Part shown: positions 55,355-57,355 of the stretch, piece by piece
Layout of the letters: every line of letters begins with the position of its first letter
How positions within the stretch are numbered: the first letter of the stretch is position 1
From: a virus
Taxonomy: Duplodnaviria; Caudoviricetes
Reading direction: 5' to 3' (one strand)
Length of the DNA stretch: 57,355 bases
Virus record (IMG/VR): IMGVR_UViG_3300045020_000042
Coordinates: 1 to 57,355 of that record
Position numbers and translations under genes: made by a program
Notes under the pieces: model-generated
The model's database searches: none
What the model saw: the letters and a program-made list of their open reading frames with translations, nothing else
What the model was told of the DNA's origin: nothing

Positions 55355-55392
55355 ATTATGTACATTCACATTCGACATACTATAATCTAGTT
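55355..55392 (+). promoter_or_regulatory. Promoter candidate
   Basis: TATAAT at 55381 in an AT-rich gap; TAATCTAGTT shared with the promoter at 49941. Confidence 0.55.
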
Positions 55393-55436
55393 ACGGTCAC
55401 TCACGACCGCAAGCGAACTCTCTGGCTGAGGACAAC

Positions 55437-55847
55437 ATGAAACTTGAACGTTTTGACAAGCTGACCGCGAACGCGCTGGTCGCACGGCTGAACGCGGCCC
55501 TGAAGGGGCTGGGCGAAATGTACGGCGTTACGTTGAATATCAACGGCGGTTCGATCCAGACGCCGACCGCGATGAAGCTGAACCTCGAAGCAACGATCGC
55601 CGGTACGGCTTCGGTCCGCCTGCAGCGCGCCAGCGACGACCTGCGCCGCTACCGCGACCTGTACCTGCCCGGCGTCGACCTGGAACAGCTCTACGCGCAC
55701 TTGACGCTCGGCTTGGTCCGGATCACCGGATTTAACGCGCGCGCGCCGAAACTGCCCGTGCTCGTTACGGCCGAAGACGGGAAGGTTTACCGCATGACCG
55801 TCGACTCCGTCAAACGCATGACCGCTCACGCCCCGAGGACAGCATGA
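55437..55847 (+). CDS. Hypothetical protein
   Basis: GCTGAGGAC RBS; ITGFNARAPKLPV...DGKVYR. Confidence 0.8.
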   Translation: MKLERFDKLTANALVARLNAALKGLGEMYGVTLNINGGSIQTPTAMKLNLEATIAGTASVRLQRASDDLRRYRDLYLPGVDLEQLYAHLTLGLVRITGFNARAPKLPVLVTAEDGKVYRMTVDSVKRMTAHAPRTA

Positions 55848-56005
55848 AAACTTTCACTATCGTTTACAAGCGGCTTGGGTTCAAGACGAACCTGCGCGCT
55901 CACGTTCCCGCGCTGTCGGCACTCGACGCACAGGACATCTTTCTCACCGACATCGCGCCGCGCATCATGATCGAGCGTCTCGACGTCTTTCACGGACTGG
56001 TCTGA
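55844..56005 (+). CDS. Small hypothetical protein
   Basis: GAGGAC RBS, ATGA coupling; MKTFTIVYKRLG... Confidence 0.65.
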   Translation: MKTFTIVYKRLGFKTNLRAHVPALSALDAQDIFLTDIAPRIMIERLDVFHGLV

Positions 56006-56007
56006 CC

Positions 56008-56160
56008 GTGAGCAAGCGGTATCGCGTCATCGTTGAGATCGGAGGACAGAGGTTGTTCTCCGGGTCTCTTTCGCAGTGCGAGCAGTACATCAGGGACAAT
56101 GGTCTTGTTCTTGAGTACCGCTCGTCTGCTCACCCGCACCTTTACGTGAGCGGAGTCTGA
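56008..56160 (+). CDS. Small hypothetical protein
   Basis: GTG start, fills the gap exactly. Confidence 0.5.
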   Translation: MSKRYRVIVEIGGQRLFSGSLSQCEQYIRDNGLVLEYRSSAHPHLYVSGV

Positions 56161-56161
56161 C

Positions 56162-56350
56162 ATGTTCAAGATCCTGATTACCACCCGGTACTGGTCATCG
56201 TCCGGGTGCAACGTTCATACCATCGTCGAGTCATTCGATACCGAGCACGACGCGTTGACGGCCGTGCGGGTCATCAACACCTGCGCGAAGTCGGGCATGG
56301 ACTCCTCGGTCAACCGCGAAGCGATCGCGCTGTTTGAGGTACGGTTATGA
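56162..56350 (+). CDS. Hypothetical protein
   Basis: GGAG RBS. Confidence 0.7.
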   Translation: MFKILITTRYWSSSGCNVHTIVESFDTEHDALTAVRVINTCAKSGMDSSVNREAIALFEVRL

Positions 56351-56529
56351 GTCCGGTCCAGTTCACACCGCCGTCGCGGCCCGTGCATACCGAGCTCGTC
56401 ATGCTCGCGCACGGTTACATGGAAGTCACGGTCGTCAACGCCGACGAGCCCAACCCGCTCAAGCGTGTCGCGGTCCTGCGCCGCACGGTCGACTATCGCG
56501 ACGTCTGCATCGAGGGCTGGGTGTCATGA
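56347..56529 (+). CDS. Hypothetical protein
   Basis: GAGGT RBS, ATGA coupling. Confidence 0.65.
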   Translation: MSPVQFTPPSRPVHTELVMLAHGYMEVTVVNADEPNPLKRVAVLRRTVDYRDVCIEGWVS

Positions 56530-56624
56530 TCTGGCTCTTTGTCCTCGGCTCATACTGCGCCGTGTCCGTTACCGCGGCCGCGGCATTCTCGCTGTTGTTT
56601 ATCGGCTCGCGCCTGAGGGACTGA
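56526..56624 (+). CDS. Small membrane peptide
   Basis: MIWLFVLGSYCAVSVTAAAAFSLLFIGSRLRD, coupled. Confidence 0.5.
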   Translation: MIWLFVLGSYCAVSVTAAAAFSLLFIGSRLRD

Positions 56625-56626
56625 CG

Positions 56627-56893
56627 ATGGAGATCCTTTACTCTCACAACCTGGGCGGGAACGTACACGCCGCCGTTGCCTGGGTGAACAAGTTCGACCT
56701 CGCCGAGCGCGTGATCCAGATCGTCCCGGTCGATAGCTGCGCGACGATCATCGTCTTGCGGATGAACCTGCGGGACTACGTGTATTACGTGTACGACCGC
56801 AAGCGCCTGTCCTCACGCACGAACCTCGACGACTTGGCGAGGAAGCACGGCCTGCTCGCGTTCGACATGCGGCAAGGCCATTACATCGTTTAG
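56627..56893 (+). CDS. Hypothetical protein
   Basis: GAGGG RBS before MEILYSH. Confidence 0.65.
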   Translation: MEILYSHNLGGNVHAAVAWVNKFDLAERVIQIVPVDSCATIIVLRMNLRDYVYYVYDRKRLSSRTNLDDLARKHGLLAFDMRQGHYIV

Positions 56894-56903
56894 GAGCGCG
56901 CTC

Positions 56904-57014
56904 ATGATTGCGACGCTGCAGGAGCTTGGAGTCATCGCGGTCGACGCCGTAGCCGTACTCGGGTTCGTGACGGCGCTCGCGGTCTGCTTCAAGAAGTTGG
57001 TGGAACTGTTTTAG
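56904..57014 (+). CDS. Small membrane peptide (36 aa)
   Basis: TAGGAG RBS, hydrophobic. Confidence 0.6.
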   Translation: MIATLQELGVIAVDAVAVLGFVTALAVCFKKLVELF

Positions 57015-57099
57015 AGGCGAACGGCCGACGACCGTGAAGTTCGGCCCACCAGACAGAGGTACGGAGGCTCTATGCAACGCGCCGGGGAAAGCCCGGTCA

Positions 57100-57152
57100 G
57101 GTCGAAAAGGTCGGGAGGACCTTCGCAGCGTGAGGCGCTGCCTGATGAGACC
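57100..57152 (+). ncRNA. Type II hammerhead ribozyme HH3
   Basis: GGTC-GAAA-AGGTC(GGGAG)GACCT-TC-GCAGCG(TGAGG)CGCTGC-CTGATGA-GACC; predicted cleavage after UUC at 57124. Confidence 0.92.
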
Positions 57153-57168
57153 CTAACCGAGGTGCCGC

Positions 57169-57355
57169 ATGGCCCGACTGATCAAGGTATCAAAGCTGCA
57201 GGCCCAGATGCTGAGTCGTGTCGGCGTCGCCACGGTCCGCGTAACTCGTATTCAACCCGTAACAGCTGAGGACGAAATGGAAGACAAATCAAAGCAGCCA
57301 GTGGTAACCGTATCTGCGCCACCCCAGGTGGAAAATCCACGCGCCCAGCGCCGCG
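57169..57355 (+). CDS. 5' part of the long-allele version of the gene ending at 563
   Basis: GAGGT RBS; MARLIKVSKLQAQMLSRVGVATVRVT-RIQPVTAEDEMEDK..., in frame with 117-563. Confidence 0.65.
   Translation, partial: MARLIKVSKLQAQMLSRVGVATVRVTRIQPVTAEDEMEDKSKQPVVTVSAPPQVENPRAQRR

Larger units (their letters stand above)
56968..57355 (+). repeat. Terminal overlap, copy 2 (long allele with 163-bp insert 57084-57246)
   Basis: Direct comparison with 1-225. Confidence 0.95.

Noticed and set aside
57084-57246. Group I/II intron or IS element
   Set aside because: Too short, no terminal G or GUGYG/AY boundaries, no inverted repeats, no target duplication, no transposase.

Overview
This is an apparently complete, circularly overlapping genome (about 57 kb) of a GC-rich podovirus with P22-like morphogenesis genes; a betaproteobacterial host is plausible but cannot be shown from sequence. 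The + strand arm (about 50.0 kb, through the window junction, to 23.4 kb) carries small early genes, a Toprim primase/SF3 helicase, a family A DNA polymerase, nucleases, an SNF2 helicase, a Crp/Fnr regulator, a J-domain protein and a pyrimidine-modification cluster (SAM MTase, atypical C5-MTase, two MazG-like proteins, kinase-UDG fusion, Asp-type thymidylate synthase homolog, dCMP deaminase). The - strand arm (49.0 to 23.3 kb) carries terminase, portal, scaffold, coat, GroES, gp4/gp10-like tail proteins, ejection proteins, a tailspike and a lysis cassette with a lipase, with an Asp/Asn beta-hydroxylase, a cupin and a PurD-like ATP-grasp ligase embedded among them. I saw no integrase or repressor. 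The most striking signal is an RNA layer: three textbook type II hammerhead ribozymes sit just upstream of ribosome-binding sites in the early region (50162-50215, 50566-50619, 57100-57152). The third lies in a 163-bp segment present in one copy of the terminal overlap and cleanly absent from the other, which swaps the N-terminus of the downstream gene. There is also a CCA-ended tRNA-like RNA with an expanded central domain and several other structured non-coding segments. All calls come from reading motifs by eye; no database searches or folding programs were run.
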